Shown piece after piece: positions 7,146 through 14,152 of a stretch of DNA of 26,060 nt (position 1 is the stretch's first letter; every line of letters starts with the position of its first letter). Source of the DNA: a virus (lineage: Duplodnaviria > Caudoviricetes); the IMG/VR virus record IMGVR_UViG_3300020042_006220, positions 1 to 26,060 of that record. One strand, 5' to 3'. Position numbers and translations under genes: made by a program. The notes under the pieces were generated by a model that worked only from the letters and a program-made list of their open reading frames with translations, was not told the origin of the DNA and made no database searches.

Positions 7146-8134
7146 TTGTAATAAGGTGTAGCAACATGGGGCCAGTTAGGAAACCACATAGGGCTGTCTC
7201 CAGGCTCAGAAATGTACTGCTGGGCATCACGGTGGAACCACAGCTTGACAGTAGGCTCTCCCTCTCCAGATCCTTCGTAGTTCCTCTGCTTTCTGCACAG
7301 GAGATAGTGATCAGGCTCTGCTAAACGCTGACCCAAGGATCCATTGGCCTTGATGTCATCCTCTTTGGGTTTGTTGCGCCAGACCAGCATCACATTGTCA
7401 ACAAGGTCAGTTATCGCACCAGAGCCTTTGTTATCGTGTTTGTCCGGCACAGTGTTTTCATTGGCCGGTTTTTTCAGGTGGTGGACAAGGTGGATGTGAA
7501 TGTCGTAATCCTTGGCAATGGCCGTCAGGTTATCAACAAAAGACTTTTGGCCGTTGTAGTCATCTTCACCCTTCACGCACTTGGCAAGGTTGTCAATAAA
7601 AACATGGGAAATGCCCAATTCCTTGGCACAGTAACGGGCCATGCCAATCACAACATCAGCATCTGCTGTATCGACCTGATCGTAAAGCCACAGGTGGTCA
7701 TTAGTCCAGCCACCGAATTGGTCATACAAGTCATCAAGCATTGCAATGCCTTTTTCCTGCTGGAACTCAGGCGAGAAAGGATTCAAGCCTACCCACATAC
7801 GGGCCATGCGTTGCAAGGTAGTAGCTGGCTTCATCTCAAAGGACGCAATACAAACCTTCTCGTTTTGTCCAATCAATGACAATGCTATCTGAGAAGTCAT
7901 CAATGATTTGCCATGTCCGTTTTGCCCAGACCATAGGGTCACTTCACCCTTGCGAAATTCAAAGTTGTCATGGGTCTTGAACCAGGGCATTTTTGCAAAT
8001 TTGTTGTCTTTCTTAGTTCGTAACCGCATCTTGATCGTTTCAATGTAATCAGATGCCTTCTTCACCTTCGTTTTTGTCTCTGTCTCTCGCATGTAGATGC
8101 GAAAGTCAATTTCATCTGCAATGATATTAGCCAT
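7142..8134 (-). CDS. SF4 replicative helicase (DnaB/T7 gp4-like), no primase domain
   Basis: Walker A GQNGHGKS, SFEM, Walker B VFIDN, HLVHH, KGSGAITD and KQR. Start moved to MANII at 8134. Confidence 0.9.
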   Translation of the reverse strand: MANIIADEIDFRIYMRETETKTKVKKASDYIETIKMRLRTKKDNKFAKMPWFKTHDNFEFRKGEVTLWSGQNGHGKSLMTSQIALSLIGQNEKVCIASFEMKPATTLQRMARMWVGLNPFSPEFQQEKGIAMLDDLYDQFGGWTNDHLWLYDQVDTADADVVIGMARYCAKELGISHVFIDNLAKCVKGEDDYNGQKSFVDNLTAIAKDYDIHIHLVHHLKKPANENTVPDKHDNKGSGAITDLVDNVMLVWRNKPKEDDIKANGSLGQRLAEPDHYLLCRKQRNYEGSGEGEPTVKLWFHRDAQQYISEPGDSPMWFPNWPHVATPYYK

Positions 8135-8453
8135 TAAAAATTTCCGTCCATCCGTTTTGTTTCCAAGTCGGTTGGTCTGTCTGGATATGACAGCCAATCA
8201 CAAATTCGGCCTTGTGCTGCTTACAAGCTGCAAACAATGCCTTTGCTCGTTCCTCTGACGGGCTGTGTACCGCTACTTTCATGTTTATCAAGAATCTAAG
8301 ATCAAGGGTCTTTATCGATTCACCATCTACGCAGACTGATGGGGTCATTTGGTATTCCTCCCAATCAACTCTGCATGGATAGTCATAGATGTGAACCCAT
8401 TCCGGTTTCAAGCCATTCATCCTCATTTGGATAAGTGATGCATGACCCTTCAT
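8127..8453 (-). CDS. Hypothetical protein between initiator and helicase
   Basis: 108-aa ORF with TAATG coupling; LDLRFL motif. Confidence 0.75.
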   Translation of the reverse strand: MKGHASLIQMRMNGLKPEWVHIYDYPCRVDWEEYQMTPSVCVDGESIKTLDLRFLINMKVAVHSPSEERAKALFAACKQHKAEFVIGCHIQTDQPTWKQNGWTEIFNG

Positions 8454-9151
8454 TAGATAGCTCCGGCAAACGGATTGAAAGAGGGTTTACCCGTAGCTTC
8501 ATCCTCCCAGCGTTCACCATTGAGCCAAGTCGATGGATGAGGAATGTACTTAGGATCCTTCCATTGATCAGATGACTTCTGTTGCTCAATGGCAACAATC
8601 ATCTTTTTCAACATATCGGCATTGGGTTTGATCTTGCCAAAAACGGTACGAGCAAAGCCCTTGTTAGTCTTGCGAGGGTAGGCAGTCCAGAACTGCTCAA
8701 AGTCAGTGTCGTATTTATTGATAGACCTTGACCGTTTGTTATCAGTACTTGTTAAGTCAGTCCTTGTTATAGGGCCTGATTCACCGAAGTACGGATTTCC
8801 AGTCTCCGGTTGACTAGGCTTCGGTTCTTCAGGCTTCGGTTCGTAATTTGGACTAGATGTTGGTTCGTCATAAACAACCCAAAAAGAAGCCCAATGTCCC
8901 TTTTCGTCCTGAACCTTGTTCAAAGTCATGTATTGGGCCTCTGAAAGTTCGCTCAATACACCTCGCATTTGATCGCGCCCACAGCCAAATTCACGGGCTA
9001 GCGTGTCACTGTTGGTACTCCAATTGTCAGGACGGGATAAAAGTCGAACCAGAACTCCTAAAGCCCTCATTGACAGACGCTGATCTAAGCAAACAGCATT
9101 TGAAATGATGGTGAAATTCCGATCTCTACGAGGGGATCGTATGATGCTCAT
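8453..9151 (-). CDS. Phage replication initiator (lambda O-like / replisome organiser)
   Basis: N-terminal wHTH (FTIISN..LSMRALGVL..RPDNW), Pro-periodic linker, C-terminal FEQFWTAYPRK..YIPHPSTWLNGERWEDE. Confidence 0.88.
   Translation of the reverse strand: MSIIRSPRRDRNFTIISNAVCLDQRLSMRALGVLVRLLSRPDNWSTNSDTLAREFGCGRDQMRGVLSELSEAQYMTLNKVQDEKGHWASFWVVYDEPTSSPNYEPKPEEPKPSQPETGNPYFGESGPITRTDLTSTDNKRSRSINKYDTDFEQFWTAYPRKTNKGFARTVFGKIKPNADMLKKMIVAIEQQKSSDQWKDPKYIPHPSTWLNGERWEDEATGKPSFNPFAGAI
8705..8866. other. Putative replication origin inside the initiator gene
   Basis: 15-bp-period repeats (aggcttcggttc exact at 8816 and 8831; degenerate at 8771, 8786, 8801) next to an AT-rich tract with three ttgtta repeats. 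Confidence 0.6.
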
Positions 9152-9186
9152 GATTATCTTTCTCGCAAATCTCCAAAAAAAAACAA

Positions 9187-9238
9187 CGGCAGGTGGGAGA
9201 TACACTTTTCTCCCAGGTGATCAAGCCTGAGATAGCCG
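9187..9238 (-). ncRNA. Candidate cis-regulatory structured RNA upstream of the initiator
   Basis: Outer CGGC/GCCG stem, hairpin UCUCAGG/CCUGGGA, GAAAA junction; alternative GGGAGA/UCUCCC hairpin. Confidence 0.45.
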
Positions 9239-9251
9239 AGTTTCGTAAATC

Positions 9252-9452
9252 TTAACCGATATCCCAGCGATGACCACAATCTTCGCAAAGTTTGTAGTCA
9301 GCCTCCATACCGCATGCGCTTGTTGCATGTGCATGATTCCAGTGCATAGATTGGCACTCTGGGCAGACTTCTTTTTTAAAAATAGCGTTCCATGATTTGC
9401 TGAACTCTTCATTGCTAACGCTGAAAGGACGGGGTGTGCTGCCTTTGCTCAC
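9252..9452 (-). CDS. Small Zn-ribbon protein
   Basis: GTG start; SKGSTPRPFSV..W motif; CPEC..CEDCG. Confidence 0.7.
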   Translation of the reverse strand: MSKGSTPRPFSVSNEEFSKSWNAIFKKEVCPECQSMHWNHAHATSACGMEADYKLCEDCGHRWDIG

Positions 9453-9622
9453 AGGTCATCTCCAAATCGTGTCTTAAAAAATTCTTCCTCTTCATGAAAT
9501 TCTTCTAGGTTAGTTTGTAGACGCGCCATCTCAGCAGGGCCAGCTTGAAAAGTGTTTGTCTCAGGGTCAAGAGGCATGCCTGACTTTGTGAACAGTCTAA
9601 AAAGGTCGGTGAATTCCATCAT
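9449..9622 (-). CDS. 57-aa acidic protein (not in ORF track)
   Basis: MMEFTDLFRLFTKSGMPLDPETNTFQAGPAEMARLQTNLEEFHEEEEFFKTRFGDDL*. GGAG RBS; coupled on both sides. Confidence 0.7.
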   Translation of the reverse strand: MMEFTDLFRLFTKSGMPLDPETNTFQAGPAEMARLQTNLEEFHEEEEFFKTRFGDDL

Positions 9623-9780
9623 TTGTCTCCAAAGGGTTTGGCTTTTGAATAGACTGAAAAGATTCGTATCTTGGAGTCTGTCGTAACAGCAAGCTTGTTC
9701 ATTACGGTCTTCTGCCGTTTGTTAAACAGCGTTGAAGGCTGGGAGATGTCAAACGGGCTGGGTAGCTTCAAAGATTTCAT
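9619..9780 (-). CDS. 53-aa basic protein (not in ORF track)
   Basis: MKSLKLPSPFDISQPSTLFNKRQKTVMNKLAVTTDSKIRIFSVYSKAKPFGDK*. Its stop overlaps the next ATG. Confidence 0.6.
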   Translation of the reverse strand: MKSLKLPSPFDISQPSTLFNKRQKTVMNKLAVTTDSKIRIFSVYSKAKPFGDK

Positions 9781-9946
9781 AGATAGGTTTTAGGGTTCGA
9801 TTGCTAGCCACTTCAAGAGCGCGAGCTAGCACAGCGCATATAGCTGCGTCCAGGTCTTCTGGATTTTGCACAATGCCTTCAAGGTAGTTGGTAGCTTGTA
9901 CCACCATCAAGTAGGCGACTTCTTCTTCAATGAGTTGTGTGTTCAT
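9749..9946 (-). CDS. Hypothetical protein, first gene of the leftward operon, probably leaderless
   Basis: 65-aa ORF; no SD; -10 box ends 6 nt before the ATG. Confidence 0.7.
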   Translation of the reverse strand: MNTQLIEEEVAYLMVVQATNYLEGIVQNPEDLDAAICAVLARALEVASNRTLKPIYEIFEATQPV

Positions 9947-9952
9947 GCCATC

Positions 9953-10024
9953 AGATTAGCAAGAAAAAACAAGTTTTGCACTAGGGAAAACCCCTAGATA
10001 AATCACCTTTTTTTCCTTTATAGT
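9953..10024. promoter_or_regulatory. Divergent promoter pair sharing a central palindrome ctagggaaaacccctag
   Basis: Palindrome 9981-9997; leftward TGc-TAATCT (9958-9953); rightward TATAGT (10019-10024); near-symmetric spacing. Confidence 0.7.
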
Positions 10025-10064
10025 CGTTGTCATGCCGCTGTTTTGCGGTGTATTGGAGTAGGAA

Positions 10065-10262
10065 ATGAATCACTTTCTAATTGCATTTAAGGAAGAGCAA
10101 GCCAATGTGGAATATTGCGCTTATTGCTTAAACCTCAGAGGCGACCAGATCGGTTGCTGCCAAGAAAACCACTGGGTTGCATTCAAAGACATGGATGATG
10201 AAACACAGCAGCGCATTGCTGAAGAAGAGTACGAGTGGCATCACCATAGGAATCAACAATGA
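10065..10262 (+). CDS. Small Cys/His protein, possibly Zn-binding
   Basis: GGAG RBS; CAYC..CCQENHW. Confidence 0.75.
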   Translation: MNHFLIAFKEEQANVEYCAYCLNLRGDQIGCCQENHWVAFKDMDDETQQRIAEEEYEWHHHRNQQ

Positions 10263-10918
10263 CTATCGAAAACCTGTTGGCACTCAATGTCAATGATCAC
10301 ACTGAAAAAAAGAACAATCTAACCTACCTGTCATGGGCATGGGCATGGGCAGAAGCACTCAAGGCAGACCCTCAAGCCACCTTCAAGGTCGAGTTGTTCG
10401 ATGGCAAGTGCTACATGGATGTCAACGGTACAGGCATGGTCTGGGTAACAGTAACCATCTTTGGTAAACCAATGACATGCATGCTTCCGGTGATGGATTA
10501 CAGAAACAAACCTATCCCTAACCCTGATGCATTTGCTGTCAACACGGCCATCATGCGGTGCATGACTAAAGCCCTGTCATTGCATGGTCTGGGTCTGTAC
10601 ATCTATGCCGGTGAAGATCTCCCGCAAAAGCCAGAGCGGGAGAACGAGCAGGACACAGATACCTATGCAACAAAAGGCAGCGTCAGGCATACACCTAGGG
10701 GTGGCATTGGTGACGATCTGCCTGATGACATAAAAGACTTCCTAAGAGACTTGGCACAGTCCAGTGAAAGTTTGGTGCAAGAGGGCAGAGCAGTTGAAGC
10801 CCTTGCAATGATTGACGAGCAGCAGTTAGAAGCTGATCAAAGAGTTTGGCTGGCATCTCAGATGTCATCCACTACAAGAGCGGCCTTGAAAAAGGCCAAA
10901 ATTATTCCCACAGCGTAA
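10259..10918 (+). CDS. Sak3/DUF1071-family single-strand annealing protein
   Basis: VNDHTEKKNNLTYLSWAWAW..LPVMDYRNK..NTAIMRCMTKALSLHGLGLYIYAGEDLP. Confidence 0.88.
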   Translation: MTIENLLALNVNDHTEKKNNLTYLSWAWAWAEALKADPQATFKVELFDGKCYMDVNGTGMVWVTVTIFGKPMTCMLPVMDYRNKPIPNPDAFAVNTAIMRCMTKALSLHGLGLYIYAGEDLPQKPERENEQDTDTYATKGSVRHTPRGGIGDDLPDDIKDFLRDLAQSSESLVQEGRAVEALAMIDEQQLEADQRVWLASQMSSTTRAALKKAKIIPTA

Positions 10919-10926
10919 AGGTTTAC

Positions 10927-11211
10927 ATGTTTATTTCCATTGAACACCATGAGGGCAAGTACCCATCATTTAACATCAATTTGCATAGCGAGGAGGGAGC
11001 AGAAGCTTTCCTGTCTATCAAAGGATGCTCCATTAAAGACAGCGCCAAAGGGCAATTTGTCAGCTACCCAGCCCGTAAAAAAGATGATGGCACATGGTGG
11101 AAACATGTCTGGGCCAGTGACAAATTCAATGCGTCTATCATCAAGAAAGCGCAGCAATCAGCACCGGCAAAAGCACCTAAAAAAGAAGCCTTGAATGATC
11201 TAGACTTTTGA
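10927..11211 (+). CDS. SpoVG-like protein, probable ssDNA-binding protein
   Basis: IKGCSIKDSAKGQFVSYPARK..W; acidic-aromatic tail (DLDF); follows the annealing protein. Confidence 0.75.
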   Translation: MFISIEHHEGKYPSFNINLHSEEGAEAFLSIKGCSIKDSAKGQFVSYPARKKDDGTWWKHVWASDKFNASIIKKAQQSAPAKAPKKEALNDLDF

Positions 11212-11216
11212 TTTTC

Positions 11217-11283
11217 GGGGGGAAAGCGGATGCTGGTACAGGGGATTGCGGAACGGCGGTCAGTCAGTGCAGCGAGTACCCCC
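11217..11283 (+). ncRNA. Candidate structured RNA with loop-E-like module
   Basis: Nested stems GGGGG/CCCCC, GCUG/CAGC, UAC/GUG and GAUUGC/GCGGUC; GAA opposite AGUA. Confidence 0.55.
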
Positions 11284-11301
11284 ACCTAACCTGGAAAAAA
11301 T

Positions 11302-11604
11302 ATGAGCTATGAAATGATTGAAATTGATGTGATCCGCTGGGCAGAAGCCCGAAAGATCATTCCCAATGCCAAACCCTACACCCAGCTATTGAAAGCTTTC
11401 TCAGAAATGGGTGAATTAGCTGATGCAGAGATCAAAGGCGAAATGCCAGAAATCAAGGATGCTGTTGGTGATGTGATGGTCTGCCTGATTAACTATTGCG
11501 CCTTGAAAGACATAAGCTTGGTCGAATGTATCCAAGGGTCTTATCAAGAAATCAAGAACCGAAAGGGCACTCTCATGCCCAATGGGGTCTTTGTTAAGCA
11601 GTAA
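11302..11604 (+). CDS. MazG-like nucleotide pyrophosphohydrolase
   Basis: QLLKAFSEMGELADA..KDAVGDVMVCLIN..YQEIKNRKG. Confidence 0.85.
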   Translation: MSYEMIEIDVIRWAEARKIIPNAKPYTQLLKAFSEMGELADAEIKGEMPEIKDAVGDVMVCLINYCALKDISLVECIQGSYQEIKNRKGTLMPNGVFVKQ

Positions 11605-12109
11605 TCATCCCAGAGGCGGCATCTTCGACTTCGTTGACCCGCCTTGCCCAACCCCTGCCAAATGTCTCCCAAGTAGACAATTCCGTCAAAAACGACAGTC
11701 TGCGCTTGGAATAGTCCTCAATTAGTGTTTCTACGTCAAAGGCGTTTACAGCCTTTAAACTGTTTGGGCCTAGTACCCCATCAATCTCAGCGTTTACGCA
11801 TGCCTGAAGCAGTTTTACGGCCCTTCCTGGGCCACTGTTGATTGCTGTATCAAACACGCAATAGTCAACACCAGCAGGAAGATCGTCACCAGAGACTTTG
11901 TCCCAATACTTTTTCTTGTACAGGGGAGCTACATCAGCCGGTTTCAGATCCCTCATGGCTTGTTCGGTAACAGGATGGCCGACCCATTCTTCCCAGACCC
12001 GTTTGGTGCATCCTAAATTAGTGATCCCCCCAGGATCTTTTGGATGGTTAACAAATCCTCCTTCGTGGTGGAGGACAGATTCCAATGCTTTTTCAAAGTT
12101 TTCTTTCAT
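11594..12109 (-). CDS. Endolysin, glycoside hydrolase family 108 with C-terminal peptidoglycan-binding domain
   Basis: HEGGFVNHPKDPGGITNLG, FDTAINSG, DGVLGP and FGRGWARRV. Confidence 0.93.
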   Translation of the reverse strand: MKENFEKALESVLHHEGGFVNHPKDPGGITNLGCTKRVWEEWVGHPVTEQAMRDLKPADVAPLYKKKYWDKVSGDDLPAGVDYCVFDTAINSGPGRAVKLLQACVNAEIDGVLGPNSLKAVNAFDVETLIEDYSKRRLSFLTELSTWETFGRGWARRVNEVEDAASGMITA

Positions 12110-12268
12110 TTACTTAGCTTTCTTAGGTGCTTTTGCTGTTTTGGCAGATTGTTTGAAAGCTTGGGCAGTAGGGGCCCCCTTGCTTCCAACTTTTCTCATC
12201 TTTTCGCCAGATCCGGCTTTTATACGATCTTGCTTGGCGTTAATATTTGCATACAAACCGGCTTTCAT
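12110..12268 (-). CDS. Small basic conserved phage protein
   Basis: MKAGLYANINAKQDRIKAGSGEKMRKVGSKGAPT; AAGGA RBS; start moved to 12268. Confidence 0.8.
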   Translation of the reverse strand: MKAGLYANINAKQDRIKAGSGEKMRKVGSKGAPTAQAFKQSAKTAKAPKKAK

Positions 12269-12278
12269 ATTATTTCCT

Positions 12279-12776
12279 TTATTTAATTGCAGGGGCTTTG
12301 GAGAGTAAATCTGTTTTTGCTTGAGATCCAGCAGAGGAACCAAAATAATAAGCAATAATGCCTGTCCAAGCAGTTGACAGACTGCCTAGCATCATCAAGA
12401 TTGTTGGGTTGCTGCCGTCAACCTTACCAAAAAGCATCATTCCCAAAATACCAAAGAACCCAACCGTGATGATTGCAGCCAAGGCTGGGGGAACAATTGA
12501 CCTCGTGGCGGCTTGCATGTCCCGCGCAGACTTCCTGTCCTCAACTTCCAGCTTTGCAAAGTTAAGGCCAAGCTCCTGCGCTTGCTTTTGAAGTTCAATC
12601 TCAGCAATCTTTACTTGGGCAATTTGCTCTGCGGAAAGTTTGTTGTTTGCGATAAGATCGCTAACTTCAGTAGGATCGACTCCAGTGGCTTTGCTAATTG
12701 CAGCTACAGCCATCCCCACTAAAGGGCCACCCATTGCTGAAGCAATTGTGGGCGCAATTTGTTTGAGCCAGTCCAT
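12279..12776 (-). CDS. Putative holin (3TM/GTA-holin-like)
   Basis: EDRKSARDM, two C-terminal TM helices, YYFGSS; next to the endolysin. Confidence 0.75.
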   Translation of the reverse strand: MDWLKQIAPTIASAMGGPLVGMAVAAISKATGVDPTEVSDLIANNKLSAEQIAQVKIAEIELQKQAQELGLNFAKLEVEDRKSARDMQAATRSIVPPALAAIITVGFFGILGMMLFGKVDGSNPTILMMLGSLSTAWTGIIAYYFGSSAGSQAKTDLLSKAPAIK

Positions 12777-13384
12777 TATTGTTTACTCCTAGATAACATA
12801 GTTGCTGCAATTTGTAGCATGGCACGGGCACTATCAAGATCTTCAGGCTCTGTTGCCCAGCCAACAGTAATTTGTCCAACAAATCTTCCTGGCTCCGGTG
12901 GAACGCTTATACGGCATGTAAAAGCTACCCCCTTTGCAATATACCAAAGCCCCATTTCCGATTGGGCTGATTTATATTCTCCACAAGGAATCTCACTTGC
13001 CATTAGCTTAACAACATCAGCGTTATTGGCAGCATTTTGTGTAAATAAACCAACGTCTAAACCGTCATTTGTCTTGTCACGGCCATTTTTCCCATATGCC
13101 CTATACAAAATTCTGGTTCCAAACATACTATTTACTTTAAACACGGCCACTACCAAAGCGCCAGATTGTTTAAATAGATGGGCTGCTGCGTCTTCAACAC
13201 GATCTTCAGCAATGGTAGGAATCTTCTTGGATTCTTTGTACGCACCAATTAACAGGTCTTGGTTTGTGTAAACAAAGTACCCTGCAAAGGTCAGGACGGC
13301 CATCAGAACCATTGCAAACAGCCTGAAAGGACTGCTGACATACGCCAACACCTTGTCAACTAGGTTTAAACGCTCATCACTCAT
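12776..13384 (-). CDS. Single-TM protein with GAF-like C-terminal domain, resembling T4 holin T
   Basis: N-terminal TM; YKESK, AVFKV, AYGK, VGQITVGW and AATMLSRSK are colinear with T4 gp t motifs as recalled. Confidence 0.6.
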   Translation of the reverse strand: MSDERLNLVDKVLAYVSSPFRLFAMVLMAVLTFAGYFVYTNQDLLIGAYKESKKIPTIAEDRVEDAAAHLFKQSGALVVAVFKVNSMFGTRILYRAYGKNGRDKTNDGLDVGLFTQNAANNADVVKLMASEIPCGEYKSAQSEMGLWYIAKGVAFTCRISVPPEPGRFVGQITVGWATEPEDLDSARAMLQIAATMLSRSKQ

Positions 13385-13851
13385 CTTTGCTGCTCAAGGA
13401 TGCCAAGGCTAAAGTAAAGGATAACGCCAAGCAAACTAAAAAAGACTAGTGCCATCAGCGTTAGTTCGATGGCCTCATCGACTTCTTCTTTGCGCTTTGC
13501 CGCTGCTTCTTTTTCTCTGCGAGCATCATGGGCAGATTCAGCATCCATTGCTGCTGCTCTAGACTTGATCTTGTTCCAGACATCAATCTTGCCAGACTGC
13601 ATAAACAGCAGTTGTAGCTCATCCTCAAACCGTCTAGCCTGATCCAAAGCCATCTCAATTTGGATGGCAGTACCCATAGAAGATTTTGATTTCTTGGCCT
13701 GAACAGCAGCTTTGGTGGCCGTTGACTTTGCGTCAAAGTATTTTCCTAAAACAGGCCCTAAAGACGATACGTCATCAACAGTCTTGCTAACCTTCTTGAT
13801 TAGCGCAACTGCTGCTTGTATACCGGCTAAAGCTGTTAGAGGATCTATCAT
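13381..13851 (-). CDS. Coiled-coil membrane protein in the lysis cassette
   Basis: MIDPLTALA N-terminus, coiled coil, C-terminal TM. Confidence 0.75.
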   Translation of the reverse strand: MIDPLTALAGIQAAVALIKKVSKTVDDVSSLGPVLGKYFDAKSTATKAAVQAKKSKSSMGTAIQIEMALDQARRFEDELQLLFMQSGKIDVWNKIKSRAAAMDAESAHDARREKEAAAKRKEEVDEAIELTLMALVFFSLLGVILYFSLGILEQQR

Positions 13852-14009
13852 TTTTTACGCCATTCTAAGCACCAGACATGCTGTCGATCAGGTGACCAAG
13901 CCCATCTGATACATCGGTAATCCTTATCGGATTTTGATGCTATCCCAGAAGGCAGTAATGACAGCGCCAAGGCCAGCAATCCATAGCAAAGGCTTGGCAA
14001 GCTTGGCAA
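13848..14009 (-). CDS. Putative overlapping exported peptide with a Trp-rich Cys hairpin; start uncertain
   Basis: Hydrophobic leader then YRCIRWAWSPDRQHVWCLEWRKK; stop ATGA-coupled to 13851; candidate TTG start at 14009. Confidence 0.5.
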   Translation of the reverse strand: MPSLPSLCYGLLALALSLLPSGIASKSDKDYRCIRWAWSPDRQHVWCLEWRKK

Positions 14010-14148
14010 TAAATTCCAGCACCGTAAACGCACCGGACGCAGCTTGAAACGCTGTGACCATGCCAGCGGTATTTGCGTCAATACGATCCACTTTGGTTTC
14101 AAGAGTAACCAACCTGTCGTAGATTTCTCTATGGCTTATTTCACTCAT
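13924..14148 (-). CDS. Small coiled-coil plus C-terminal TM protein (XhlA-like or holin accessory)
   Basis: RLVTLETKVDRID then hydrophobic C-terminus; start moved to 14148. Confidence 0.75.
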   Translation of the reverse strand: MSEISHREIYDRLVTLETKVDRIDANTAGMVTAFQAASGAFTVLEFIAKLAKPLLWIAGLGAVITAFWDSIKIR

Positions 14149-14152
14149 GGTG

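Noticed and set aside
6970-8496. Weaker copies of the palindromic motif at 6970-6986 and 8480-8496
   Set aside because: Both lie in coding sequence and the boxes at the expected spacing (CAAAAT, TCTAAT) are poor; may be chance.
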